Positions 17,850-26,921 are shown, numbered from the stretch's first letter. The stretch: DNA of 64,000 bases from an uncultured Gammaproteobacteria bacterium (GCA_963702735.1 CAVPDW010000003.1:1173479-1237478); one strand, 5' to 3'. Notes: generated by a model not told the origin, from the sequence alone. Numbers and translations: made by a program.

Positions 17850-18662
17850 ATGTCAAGGTACTTCGTTCCCATCATCGGCGGGCCGCAAAACAAGCTGCTG
17901 GCGGCGCTTCCTGACGAAGTGTGGGCGCGGTTGCAACCCTGTCTGTCGACGATTTCGGCATCGGCCGGCAAGATTCTCTGTGAATCACACCGGGAGCTCG
18001 ACTACGGTTATTTTCCGATCACGTCGATAGTTTCGATCATGCAGGTGGCGGCCGACGGAGCCTCGACCAAGATCGCCTCGATCGGCAACGAAGGCCTGGT
18101 GGGGGTCAATCTGTTCCTCGACACCGGCACCACGGCGAATCGCATCGTCGTTCAGAGCGCGGGGCAAATGTGGCGCCTGAGGCGTGAAGTGCTTCAGGAA
18201 GAGTTCAGCCGGGCCGGCGCCATGCAGTCTTTGCTGCTGCGATACACACAGGCGTTGTTGACGCAGATGGCACAGACGGTGGTCTGCAATCGGCGCCATC
18301 GCATCGATCAGCAATTGTGCCGATGGTTGCTGCAGACCATGGATCGACTGGCAACGCACGAGCTGACGATGACGCACGAGCTTCTGGCAAACACTCTGGG
18401 TGTGCGGCGCGAGGGGATAACTGACGCCGCGCTCAAATTGCAGAGTGCCGGCCTCATCAAGTACCGCCGCGGTCACATTATCGTTATCGATCGCCTCGGC
18501 ATCGAAGCCTGTTGCTGCGACTGCTACCGCGTGGTGCGCGGCGCTTTCGATCGCCTGCCGAGAGCATATGCCTGGGCGCTGCCGGGGAGTCCGTGCATGC
18601 CGGTTTCTCGGTCGGAGCGGCTTGCGCGAGGAGATGTACTCGAGGCCGTCGGCGAGCAGTGA
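17850..18662 (+). CDS. Crp/Fnr-family transcriptional regulator (paralogue 3)
   Basis: Starts at MSRYFVPIIGGPQNKLLAALP, with GAGGA 6 nt upstream. Close paralogue of crp1 (IGNEGLVGV, QQLCRWLLQ, LTMTHELL, GIEACCCDCY). Confidence 0.88.
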   Translation: MSRYFVPIIGGPQNKLLAALPDEVWARLQPCLSTISASAGKILCESHRELDYGYFPITSIVSIMQVAADGASTKIASIGNEGLVGVNLFLDTGTTANRIVVQSAGQMWRLRREVLQEEFSRAGAMQSLLLRYTQALLTQMAQTVVCNRRHRIDQQLCRWLLQTMDRLATHELTMTHELLANTLGVRREGITDAALKLQSAGLIKYRRGHIIVIDRLGIEACCCDCYRVVRGAFDRLPRAYAWALPGSPCMPVSRSERLARGDVLEAVGEQ

Positions 18663-18759
18663 TCCGATTGAGGGGACATTCGCCGCTGCACCCAGGTGTC
18701 AGTGCGGCGTGTCGAGTAATCGAGGATGATTGTGTAGTGGCGGCAGGGGAGTGCGGGCA

Positions 18760-19710
18760 ATGTCGGATCTCAAAATCAGTCGGATTCTCGTGGCGATCGC
18801 GGACCCCTCGGCCGGTTCGAATAAGGCGGTCCGGCGCGCCGGCGCGCTCGCGCACAAGGCGGGGGCCGGCATTGACCTATTCAATGCAATACCTGCGGCC
18901 ATTTCGGCGGGAAGTCTGCATGCCGAAGCGGAGCAATTCACTCGCCTCGAGGCAGAGCAGAACCGCCGACTGCTTGAGCGGACGGCAAACCGGCTGCGCC
19001 GCGAAGAAATCATCGTCAATACAAGCGTACAGACCGGCTTTCCCATCCATGAGGCCATTTTGCGTCAGATTCGGCTGACGAAGGCTGACCTTCTGATCAT
19101 CGAGGCGCGCAAACACAATGTATTTGCCCGCTTGCTGTTGACTCAGACCGATTTCGAACTCATCCGGCACTGCCCGGTTCCGCTGTTGATCGTCAAGGGA
19201 CGGGCGGCTTGGCGAAGTCCACGAATCCTCGCGGCTCTTGATCCGTTTCACACCCACGACAAGCCGAGAGAGCTCGACGATGAAATCGTCAATGCGGCTC
19301 GCGCGGTCGCCGCGTTGGTCCGCGGATCCGTGCATGCCGCCCATGTTTATCGCCCGCCGATGAGCTACGTGGCCGCTGCCGGGATGGGCGCCGCGGTCCT
19401 CACCGCGAGTCCATCGCAGGAGAAGGAGTACCACGCCTCGGTGCGCAAGGGATTTCACGAAGCCTTCGATCGATACGGTTTTGCCAATAACAAGTCGCAC
19501 CTCATCTGCGGCGAACCCGCCATTGAGCTTCCCCGCCTGGCACGCTCGCTAAAGGCGGGTTTGGTGGTCATGGGAGCGATGTCGCGCTCGGGACTGAAGC
19601 GGTTATTCATTGGCAGCACCGCCGAGCGCGTGCTCGACAGCCTGAAATGCGACGTTCTGCTGGTGAGGGGGCATGCGTCGTCGCGGGGCAAAGGGATAGG
19701 TGTTCGCTAA
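18760..19710 (+). CDS. Tandem universal stress protein (UspE-like, two Usp domains)
   Basis: About 316 aa. ILVAIADPS and ILAALDP beta-strand starts, and a GAMSRSGLKRLFIGSTAERVL ATP-binding-type motif at the end of domain 2. Confidence 0.85.
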   Translation: MSDLKISRILVAIADPSAGSNKAVRRAGALAHKAGAGIDLFNAIPAAISAGSLHAEAEQFTRLEAEQNRRLLERTANRLRREEIIVNTSVQTGFPIHEAILRQIRLTKADLLIIEARKHNVFARLLLTQTDFELIRHCPVPLLIVKGRAAWRSPRILAALDPFHTHDKPRELDDEIVNAARAVAALVRGSVHAAHVYRPPMSYVAAAGMGAAVLTASPSQEKEYHASVRKGFHEAFDRYGFANNKSHLICGEPAIELPRLARSLKAGLVVMGAMSRSGLKRLFIGSTAERVLDSLKCDVLLVRGHASSRGKGIGVR

Positions 19711-21356
19711 GGAGCCGCCGCGCGCCACCCGGCAACTTGGGCCAGCGCGTCGGAGGGACGCTCGCTCACAACGGGGAGCCGGCCGGCATAGATTCGGCCC
19801 GTGTCGGCGTCGAGAGTGATCAGGTCGCCTTCCCGCAGTTGCGTATTGCCGATGGTGCAGCTCAGTTCTTTCGGCAGCAGATGCAGCGTCCGGCAATTGA
19901 CCAGGCAGACCTTGCCGAGCTGGCGGGCGACCACGGCGGCGTGCGAGGTGCGACTGCCGGCCGCCGTCAGAATACCTTGCGCCGCCGCTATGCCTTCGAT
20001 GTCGGCGGTGGCAATGTCAGGCCGCACCAGAATGACGCCCCCGCCGGAGTGGGCAAGTTGCACAGCGCGAGCGACATCGAAGACGATGCTGCCCGAAGCG
20101 ACGCCGACGTTGGCGGGGGTTGCGGTCGCCAGCGGCTGGGCGCTCGCCGGGGCGGCCAAACGCACGCGTTCGAGTCGATCAAGCGGGACGCCCTCGAGGC
20201 GAGCCAGGGCTTCGCCGGGAGTAATCAGCTTTTCCCCCACCATGTCGACGGCCATGCGCAGCGCCGCCCAGGGAGTGCGCTTGCCCGAGCGGGTCTGCAG
20301 CAGATAAAGGCGGCCCGTTTCGACCGTGAATTCGAAGTCCTGCATGTCGTGAAATTCGCCCTCGAGCACGGCCTGCATGCGCTCGAGCTCGGCCGCCACC
20401 AGCGGGAGCCGCTGCGACAGCCGGACGGTTTCGATTCCGGCGTGGCGGCCCGATACCACGTCCTCGCCCTGTGCATTGAAGAGGAAGTCCAGGTAGGGGT
20501 GCTTCTCCCCCGTCGCCGGATCGCGCGTGAATCCCACGCCGGCGCCTGAGCTTCCGCCGCCGTTGCCGAATACCATGGCCTGGATGGTGACGGCGGTGCC
20601 CATGGCATCGTCGATGCCGTTGGCACGGCGGTAATGACGCGCTTTCTCATCGTCCCAGGAACGAAACACGGCCTCCACGGCATCGAGCAGCTGCTGCATG
20701 GGATCCTGGGGGAAGGGCTGGCCGGTGAGGGCGAGCGACAATTCCAGCGATTCCTCGCCGATCTGCCTAAGCGCCGCACTGTCAAGCTCGCTCGGGCTTG
20801 CGAGTTCCTGCTGCGCACAGTGGCGCGCCACCAGTGAATCGAACTGCGCGGCATCGGCGCCGCGCACCACTTCGGCGAAGTCGCGCACCAGCCGCCGGTA
20901 GCAATCGCGCACCAGGTGAGGATTTCCCGAGAATCGCTGCAGGCCGTGAAGATTGTTCGCGCACAGACCCACATTGAGCAGGGTTTGCAGCATGCCCGGC
21001 ATCGAAACGGCCGCACCGGAGCGCACCGATACCAGCAGGGGCCGGCGCGAGTCGCCGAAGCCGCGGCCGGTGGCTTCCTCCAGACGCGACAGGCCCCGGG
21101 TGAGCAATTCTCGAGCGGCGCCGGGAAGCCGGTGTCCGCGCAAGAAGTACTCGCGGCACACCGCTGTGCCGAGGACGAATGCCGGCGGCACCGGCAGGCC
21201 GAGCTGCGCCAGGCGCAGCAGCCCATAGGCCTTCGACCCCATGGTGGCGGCGCTCGCCGCCTGGCCGGCCTGCGCCGACCCGGTGCTGCCGCCGCCATGG
21301 ACGGGCATGGCGGCATTCGGCAACACAAAGAACAGATGATCGCTAAGGTCGGTCAC
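19707..21356 (-). CDS. PPDK-like PEP-utilising enzyme: ATP-grasp nucleotide-binding domain + phospho-His swivel domain, no PEP/pyruvate TIM-barrel domain
   Basis: 549 aa. N-terminus resembles pyruvate,phosphate dikinase (SKAYGLLRLAQLGLPVPPAFVLGTAVCREY; LLVSVRSGAAVSMPGMLQTLLNVGL). Swivel His motif GSRTSHAAVVARQLGK. The protein ends about 55 aa after it (GDLITLDADTGRIYAG). GTG start. Confidence 0.8.
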   Translation of the reverse strand: MTDLSDHLFFVLPNAAMPVHGGGSTGSAQAGQAASAATMGSKAYGLLRLAQLGLPVPPAFVLGTAVCREYFLRGHRLPGAARELLTRGLSRLEEATGRGFGDSRRPLLVSVRSGAAVSMPGMLQTLLNVGLCANNLHGLQRFSGNPHLVRDCYRRLVRDFAEVVRGADAAQFDSLVARHCAQQELASPSELDSAALRQIGEESLELSLALTGQPFPQDPMQQLLDAVEAVFRSWDDEKARHYRRANGIDDAMGTAVTIQAMVFGNGGGSSGAGVGFTRDPATGEKHPYLDFLFNAQGEDVVSGRHAGIETVRLSQRLPLVAAELERMQAVLEGEFHDMQDFEFTVETGRLYLLQTRSGKRTPWAALRMAVDMVGEKLITPGEALARLEGVPLDRLERVRLAAPASAQPLATATPANVGVASGSIVFDVARAVQLAHSGGGVILVRPDIATADIEGIAAAQGILTAAGSRTSHAAVVARQLGKVCLVNCRTLHLLPKELSCTIGNTQLREGDLITLDADTGRIYAGRLPVVSERPSDALAQVAGWRAAAP

Positions 21357-21365
21357 GTGGAAATC

Positions 21366-23318
21366 TCATCCGGTGAGCACATCATTGAGCAGATGGTCCC
21401 GCAGCTTGAGGGCGCTCAAGGACAATCCGTCCGCGGCGATTTCGAGCGCCTGGGAGAGGCCTGAGAGCAGCTGGAAGGATTTCAAGTCCGCCGTGCTGTT
21501 GAATAAAGTGCCTGTGATGGCGCGCTCTGCGCCATCCACCTCCTGTTCGAGAGCGACGATGCGATCGGCGGCGGCAAAGAAATCCTGGAGGTCCTCGCTG
21601 GCTCCCTCGGGCGTCACGTGACTTGCCGCTTCGAACATCTTCACCGACTCCCGTGCACCCTCGAGCAGCAGCGAAGCGAGCGCCCGCACCGGTCCGACCA
21701 GTGCGGGCGCAGGTGCAGCGGCGGTCAGGTGGGTCATCAGGAAGGCGGCCTCCTCGAGGCCGTCCGCCGCATCGTCCGCAGCGTGCATGAGTGCGGCGTA
21801 GACCTCCGGCGTCGAGGTGCGCCGCGCCAGCGAGCGGATTCGGGTGACCAGGGCGTCGCATTCCTGCTCCCAAGCCCTCGCGCGCCGTGCGGTGCGCGCG
21901 AGGAACGCGGCCCCATCCGGATCGGCGCAGCGAAGCAGGCCTTCCTGCACTGCCGACGCCAGATCGAAGACGCGCTCGGCGTGGGTCAGTCCCACGGCGA
22001 GCAGGCTGGAATGCGCCATGTGGAAGCGACGCGCCAGTTCGGCCTTGATGGAGTCGCGGATGAATCGCTCGGAGCGGCCTTGAAGAAGCCCGGTGGCCGC
22101 TTCGCGGAGCACGAACTGAAGATATTCGAAGGCGTCCTCGGCGCCGAGCGCCTCGTGGAGGCGTTCGCCGTAGTGCAGCGGTGTGCGCTGGGCGAATTCA
22201 ATGGCCTCGTACAGCAGCCGCTCGCCGCCGAGCTTGATGAAACCGCGGTGACCGATGTTGTTGTCCGCCGCCCACTTCAGCAGGCGCACCGCATCCTCTT
22301 TACGCAGGAATTCCCGCAGGCGCTTGCGCGCATGGTTCCAGTCGATCAGGAACACGATTCTCGAACCGAGGAAGGCGAGATAGCGTTCGAGCGTCTGCGC
22401 GTCGGGAGCATCAAGGCGGCCGATGCTGAGAGAGTAGTCGCCGCCGCCGCCGAGACCCTCGCCATGGCGTGCCCGGGTGTCCTGCCAATGAACCCCGAAG
22501 GATTTGAGCAGGTTCTGAAAGAACTTGAGCCGCCGCGCATGCACATCGGTGTAGGTCAGCGTCGCCGACAATCCTTCCACGTGCAGAACCAGCACGTGGG
22601 CGTCGGTGGTACCAATGTCGTTTTGTATGATCAGGCGGCCGTCGCTGCGTGTCGCCGTCGTAGCGAGTCCCGGATGATCGAATTTGAGCGGAGCAGTCTC
22701 ATTCAGTCCGGACATGAAGGCGCGCACCAATGGGCGATCCGCCGCGTCGATGCGCCACACCCGTGCGCCGTCGATGCTTTCGTCCGCGATGTCGGCCTGC
22801 AACGCGTTGAGGGCCCTGTGCAGATCCATCACCAGGATGTGCAGGCTGTCGCCCGAGGCGCGGTTGGCCGATGTCAACGCACCGATCAGCCCGGCCGGAA
22901 CCCGGTCATCGCTGAACACCGGCAGCGCGGTGTTCAGCGCCTTTTCTCGTGCCGCCATAGCCGGCGCCTCGGCAATGCAGGCGAGGGTCAGCGGCGCACT
23001 CATGGAGGCGACGTCATCCAGCAGCATGCGGCGTATCCGTTCTGCCCCGGGAACATGCAGCGTGCCGTCGGGCTCGCAGCGGCTTTCGGCCAGTGCCGCG
23101 TCGACATCGACGGCGGACATGTGGGCCGCCGCGCGTTCCGCCGCTAGATTGAGCGGGGCCTCCTGCGGATGGCGCGCGTGGCTTTCGGCCGCCTGCAGCA
23201 CCGTGAAGCAGAACTTGATGCGATCGTTCGCGGCCAGCGCTTGCTGCAGCCGCTGCGGCAGCAGCAGGGCACTTTCGCCCAGATCGCCGATGATCGATGT
23301 TTTCGTTGCCATGATCAT
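21366..23318 (-). CDS. Uncharacterised 650-aa protein with a C-terminal DUF47/PhoU_div-like helical domain
   Basis: I cannot assign the first ~450 aa to any family. The last ~200 aa have the DUF47 pattern (ECDALVTRIRSL..., AADDAADGLEEAAFLM, ALEQEVDGAERAITGTLF, ALEIAADGLSLSAL). Lies 9 nt upstream of the PPDK-like gene on the same strand. Confidence 0.6.
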   Translation of the reverse strand: MIMATKTSIIGDLGESALLLPQRLQQALAANDRIKFCFTVLQAAESHARHPQEAPLNLAAERAAAHMSAVDVDAALAESRCEPDGTLHVPGAERIRRMLLDDVASMSAPLTLACIAEAPAMAAREKALNTALPVFSDDRVPAGLIGALTSANRASGDSLHILVMDLHRALNALQADIADESIDGARVWRIDAADRPLVRAFMSGLNETAPLKFDHPGLATTATRSDGRLIIQNDIGTTDAHVLVLHVEGLSATLTYTDVHARRLKFFQNLLKSFGVHWQDTRARHGEGLGGGGDYSLSIGRLDAPDAQTLERYLAFLGSRIVFLIDWNHARKRLREFLRKEDAVRLLKWAADNNIGHRGFIKLGGERLLYEAIEFAQRTPLHYGERLHEALGAEDAFEYLQFVLREAATGLLQGRSERFIRDSIKAELARRFHMAHSSLLAVGLTHAERVFDLASAVQEGLLRCADPDGAAFLARTARRARAWEQECDALVTRIRSLARRTSTPEVYAALMHAADDAADGLEEAAFLMTHLTAAAPAPALVGPVRALASLLLEGARESVKMFEAASHVTPEGASEDLQDFFAAADRIVALEQEVDGAERAITGTLFNSTADLKSFQLLSGLSQALEIAADGLSLSALKLRDHLLNDVLTG

Positions 23319-23390
23319 TCACATGTTCCTGGAGAGAGCGCCGCGGCGCAATTGCGGCATGGATGCGTGAAGTAGGCACTAATACGTAAG

Positions 23391-23422
23391 GATGAGGTCG
23401 CGCACTGGGCGCGATCCTCATC
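23391..23422. other. Strong hairpin in a divergent intergenic region
   Basis: GATGAGGTCGCGC actgg GCGCGA(t)CCTCATC: a 13-bp stem with one bulge. It lies between the starts of the 650-aa gene (23318, minus) and the ExbB-fusion gene (23571, plus). Confidence 0.4.
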
Positions 23423-23570
23423 GTGCCTGCTTGTAACAATCCTGACACATTGTTGATACATCGCGGTGCGTCGGCATTCCGTGCGGGGGAACTACGTATT
23501 GGCGCGGGCAACCATCCGGCTGAGACTGTGCGCGTTTACGGATCGGTTGCTTTGTTTTCGGAGCTTTCGC

Positions 23571-25376
23571 ATGCACAGCCGCAAGTCGATCGGGCTCATC
23601 GTCATCATTGCGTTCGCCGCCCTTCCACAGATCGCGCTCGGCTGGTGGAATGACGATTGGAAGTTCAGGAAGCGATTGACGGTCGACGCGACGGTGGTCG
23701 GCGCGGCGGTGTCCGCCGGCCTAACCGAGATTTCCTTGCCGGTGCGGTTGGATGCGGGCAACTTTGCCTATTTCGCGGATATCGAAAAATCGGGGGCGGA
23801 TCTGCGATTCGTGGCGTCGGATGACAGGATGCCGCTCGAGTATCGAATCGAGCGCATCGACGCCGCTGCGCAGTCGGCCGTGGTCTGGGTCAAGATTCCC
23901 ATCGCTAAGCTGCGCGCCGACCGGTCGTATTTGTGGGTTTACTACGGCGCGGCGAAAGCCACGCCGGCGCCGTCGAGCACCGTTGACGACGCGGCCATCG
24001 TCGGCAGCTACGATTTCGCGGATACGCAGGGTCCGCCGCGCGATGCGACCGCCTATGCGAGCAATGCCACGGCCTCGACGGCTCGGCCCGCGGTGCCCGG
24101 TGTGGTGGATTTCGGGCTTGGCTTCGATCCGAAGTCGTCGGTGAGCTTGCCAACCACGCCGGCGTTCACGTTCGATGCCGCGAAGGGGACAAGCGTATCG
24201 GCCTGGGTCCGGGTCGATCCGAATTCGCCGCCGGGTCTCCTATACAGCCAAGCGGGGACGGATGGCCGCTTCGAACTCTCGGCGGGACCGAACCGGGTCG
24301 CCGCGCTGCTTGGCCCCGCGGGCAGGGAGGCGCGAGTCAGCGCGGCGCTGACGGCGGGCTGGCACCACATCGGTGTCGCCACGGGCGAAAAGCTCTCACT
24401 CTATGTTGACGGCCACGAGGCGCAAGCAGTCGCCGCGCCGCGCATGCATCTCGTCGCAGGGCCGACGCTCGGCGCCGTAGGCGCCGTCGATTCGTTCAGC
24501 GGCGCGCTCGACGTTCTGCGCATCGCCAACGCCGCCCGGCCGGCCGGTTGGTTCAGTCTTCAATACCTGACTCAAAAGACGGATAGCACCGCGATCGCTT
24601 ACGGCGCGGACGAGGCGCGCGAGACCGGCGGCATTTCCAAGGAGCTCGGACTGATCTGGCGGCTGCTGGGATCGGTGACGATCGACGGCTGGACCATAAT
24701 CGCCGTCATTGCGGTACTCGGCCTGATGAGCGGCGACGTGCTGCTGCTCAAGTTCCTGCAATTGAGCCGCGCGGAACGAGGTGATCGCCGATTCCTCGCC
24801 GGATTCTCAGCTCGTTGGGCGGCGGATGCCGCGCAAGTCGCCGCCGGCTCGAGGGAGGCCGGCTTAGGAGGGGTCGGCGAGCCGATCGCCGCCTCGCCGC
24901 TGTCGCGGATGTACTTGCGCGGCCTCGAAGAGCTTCGCTTGGCGTTGTCCCTGTCCACGGAGCGGCGCATTCCCGGCGGGTACCTCGGCGTGATCCGCTC
25001 GTCCCTCGAGGCCGGGATCGTCGAGGAAACGGATAGCCTGAACCGGCGCTTGGTGCTCATGATGATCGCGGTGAGCGGCGGTCCCTTTCTCGGCCTGCTC
25101 GGCACCGTGATCGGCGTCATGATCACGTTCGCCTCGATCGCGGCCACCGGCGATGTCAACGTCAATACCATTGCGCCCGGCGTTGCGGCGGCATTATTCG
25201 CGACCGTCGCCGGCCTGCTCGTCGCGATCCCGTCGTTGTTCGGCTACAACTTCATCGCCAGCCGCGTCGGCGCGCGAGTCTCTGCCATGGAGGTGTTCGC
25301 CGATCAGCTGGTCGCACGCTACTCCGCGGCATTCGCGGGTCCGCCAAGAACCATGGAGGTGACGCGTGCGGCGTAG
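23571..25376 (+). CDS. DUF2341 + LamG/concanavalin-like periplasmic domain fused to a MotA/TolQ/ExbB proton channel
   Basis: Start at MHSRKSIGLIVII (signal/anchor). WWNDDWKFRKRLTVD matches the DUF2341 start. A LamG-like block follows (WHHIGVATGEKLSLYVDGH). The C-terminal 3-TM ExbB module follows (GGPFLGLLGTVIGVMITF, APGVAAALFATVAGLLVAIP). Confidence 0.8.
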   Translation: MHSRKSIGLIVIIAFAALPQIALGWWNDDWKFRKRLTVDATVVGAAVSAGLTEISLPVRLDAGNFAYFADIEKSGADLRFVASDDRMPLEYRIERIDAAAQSAVVWVKIPIAKLRADRSYLWVYYGAAKATPAPSSTVDDAAIVGSYDFADTQGPPRDATAYASNATASTARPAVPGVVDFGLGFDPKSSVSLPTTPAFTFDAAKGTSVSAWVRVDPNSPPGLLYSQAGTDGRFELSAGPNRVAALLGPAGREARVSAALTAGWHHIGVATGEKLSLYVDGHEAQAVAAPRMHLVAGPTLGAVGAVDSFSGALDVLRIANAARPAGWFSLQYLTQKTDSTAIAYGADEARETGGISKELGLIWRLLGSVTIDGWTIIAVIAVLGLMSGDVLLLKFLQLSRAERGDRRFLAGFSARWAADAAQVAAGSREAGLGGVGEPIAASPLSRMYLRGLEELRLALSLSTERRIPGGYLGVIRSSLEAGIVEETDSLNRRLVLMMIAVSGGPFLGLLGTVIGVMITFASIAATGDVNVNTIAPGVAAALFATVAGLLVAIPSLFGYNFIASRVGARVSAMEVFADQLVARYSAAFAGPPRTMEVTRAA

Positions 25377-25770
25377 AAGCCTCGGCCGTCTGTACGATGA
25401 TCTCAACGTCACGCCCTTGCTCGACCTCGCGTGGGTCTTGCTGATCGTTTTCATCATCATGGCGACCGCGACGGTGCAGGGAATCACGGTCGATTTGCCC
25501 CGGGCAAGCAACGCGCCGCGCCTCGCCAAGCCGCGCACGCACGCGGTGAGCGTGACGGCCGACGGAGGCATCTACCTCGATACGACGGCGGTTACACTCG
25601 CGGAGCTGCAAACCCGCCTCACTCAGCTCCGGGCGCTCGACCCGGACGTGCCCATCGTGGTCAAGGGAGATTCATCCGTGCGTTACGATTCGGTCGTCCA
25701 AGTGCTCGACGTGTTGAAGACCGTGAAAATCACGAATGTCGGGCTCGTGACTCAGCGTTTGGTGCGATGA
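25366..25770 (+). CDS. exbD: ExbD/TolR biopolymer transport protein
   Basis: 134 aa. LNVTPLLDLAWVLLIVFII TM with the conserved Asp, and a periplasmic VVKGDSSVRYDSVVQVLDVLK block. GTG start with GGAGG 6 nt upstream. Confidence 0.9.
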   Translation: MRRRSLGRLYDDLNVTPLLDLAWVLLIVFIIMATATVQGITVDLPRASNAPRLAKPRTHAVSVTADGGIYLDTTAVTLAELQTRLTQLRALDPDVPIVVKGDSSVRYDSVVQVLDVLKTVKITNVGLVTQRLVR

Positions 25771-26477
25771 TGCCTGCACCGCCGGCGCCGGCGCCCGAGG
25801 ATCTCCAGCATTGGATCGTGCGGGGGGCACTGCTGGCAGGTCTCGTGATCCTGATCGTGAGCGTGCGCGTGTCGTTGGGATCGCATTCTCTGAGAAACGC
25901 CGACATACCGCAGCGGGTGGCGCTGGTGGACTCCGAGCCAATGCCATCGCCGCCGCAGCTCGCGGAGCCGGCACCCCGAGAAGCGCCGCCGGACGATCAG
26001 AGTCGCAGCGATGGTCTGGACGTGTCCATGACCGCGATCGATGCAGGGCTCGGTCCGGCCGATACACAGCTCTCGGTCGATGCCGCCGCCGAGGCGGGTT
26101 TCGACAGTTTCGGCTTGGGCGCGAAACGCGGTGGGCGTGATCTGGCTCTGGACCTGGGCAAGCCTGAGCGCGCTGGCGGCGGGGGCGGTTCGGCCGGTTT
26201 CACCAACTACGCGGCCAGGCTGGGGCAATACCTCGACACATGGCTCAATTCGGACGAGAGTCTGCGGCGCTCTGCCTATGTGCTGCACGCGCGCATCTGG
26301 CTCGACCCGGAGGGAGCTGTCGAGCGGTGTACATTGCTGGGCACGACCGGCAACGCAATGCTCGACCGGCAAATCGTCACCCGGCTCTGTTCGGCCCGGC
26401 CGGAGAATGGGCCGCCGCCGGGCGATCTGCCGCAACCAATCAATTTGTTGATACGATCGCGCATCGGCGGGAGTTGA
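25767..26477 (+). CDS. TonB-like energy transducer
   Basis: 236 aa. N-terminal TM helix, Pro-rich spacer (PMPSPPQLAEPAPREAPP), C-terminal TonB_C-like block. The ATG overlaps the exbD stop (ATGA). Confidence 0.65.
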   Translation: MMPAPPAPAPEDLQHWIVRGALLAGLVILIVSVRVSLGSHSLRNADIPQRVALVDSEPMPSPPQLAEPAPREAPPDDQSRSDGLDVSMTAIDAGLGPADTQLSVDAAAEAGFDSFGLGAKRGGRDLALDLGKPERAGGGGGSAGFTNYAARLGQYLDTWLNSDESLRRSAYVLHARIWLDPEGAVERCTLLGTTGNAMLDRQIVTRLCSARPENGPPPGDLPQPINLLIRSRIGGS

Positions 26478-26522
26478 TCGACGCATCGCCGATGTTGGCG
26501 TACCGCGATCTAATGACAATCA

Positions 26523-26921
26523 ATGACGGACCGAGGTGCGATTCCCATGGAGCTTCCCGCGCAGACGGATCACAACGGCGAATCATCGTACGATCTGCGG
26601 GTCTCGCAGGCCATCGATCGCGTGCTCGAGGCAGAGCGCCTCGCGCAAGCGGCGGTCGCCTCCTGCGAGACGCAGGGGCGGGAATCGGTGGAGCGGGCCC
26701 GTCAACGGCGGCGAATCATTCTGGAGCGAGCGCAGCAGCGCATCGTCGCCCTGCATACCCGGGCGGCGCGGACGATCGAGAGGAGAGTCGCACAGGTCAA
26801 CGAACAGCACGGAAAGGCCGTCGCAGGCGGCATGGCGCAGGATGCCGATCACGCTCGCCTGCAGGCGGCGATCGAGACTTTGGCGGATCGCCTCATCGGC
26901 CTTGGGAACGAGGAGGCCTGA
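26523..26921 (+). CDS. Putative V/A-ATPase peripheral-stalk subunit (G/H-like coiled coil)
   Basis: 132 aa, predicted all-helical and rich in charged residues (AERLAQAAVASCETQGRESVERARQRRRIILERAQQRI). First gene of the V-ATPase cluster. Assignment is by position and composition only. Confidence 0.4.
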   Translation: MTDRGAIPMELPAQTDHNGESSYDLRVSQAIDRVLEAERLAQAAVASCETQGRESVERARQRRRIILERAQQRIVALHTRAARTIERRVAQVNEQHGKAVAGGMAQDADHARLQAAIETLADRLIGLGNEEA

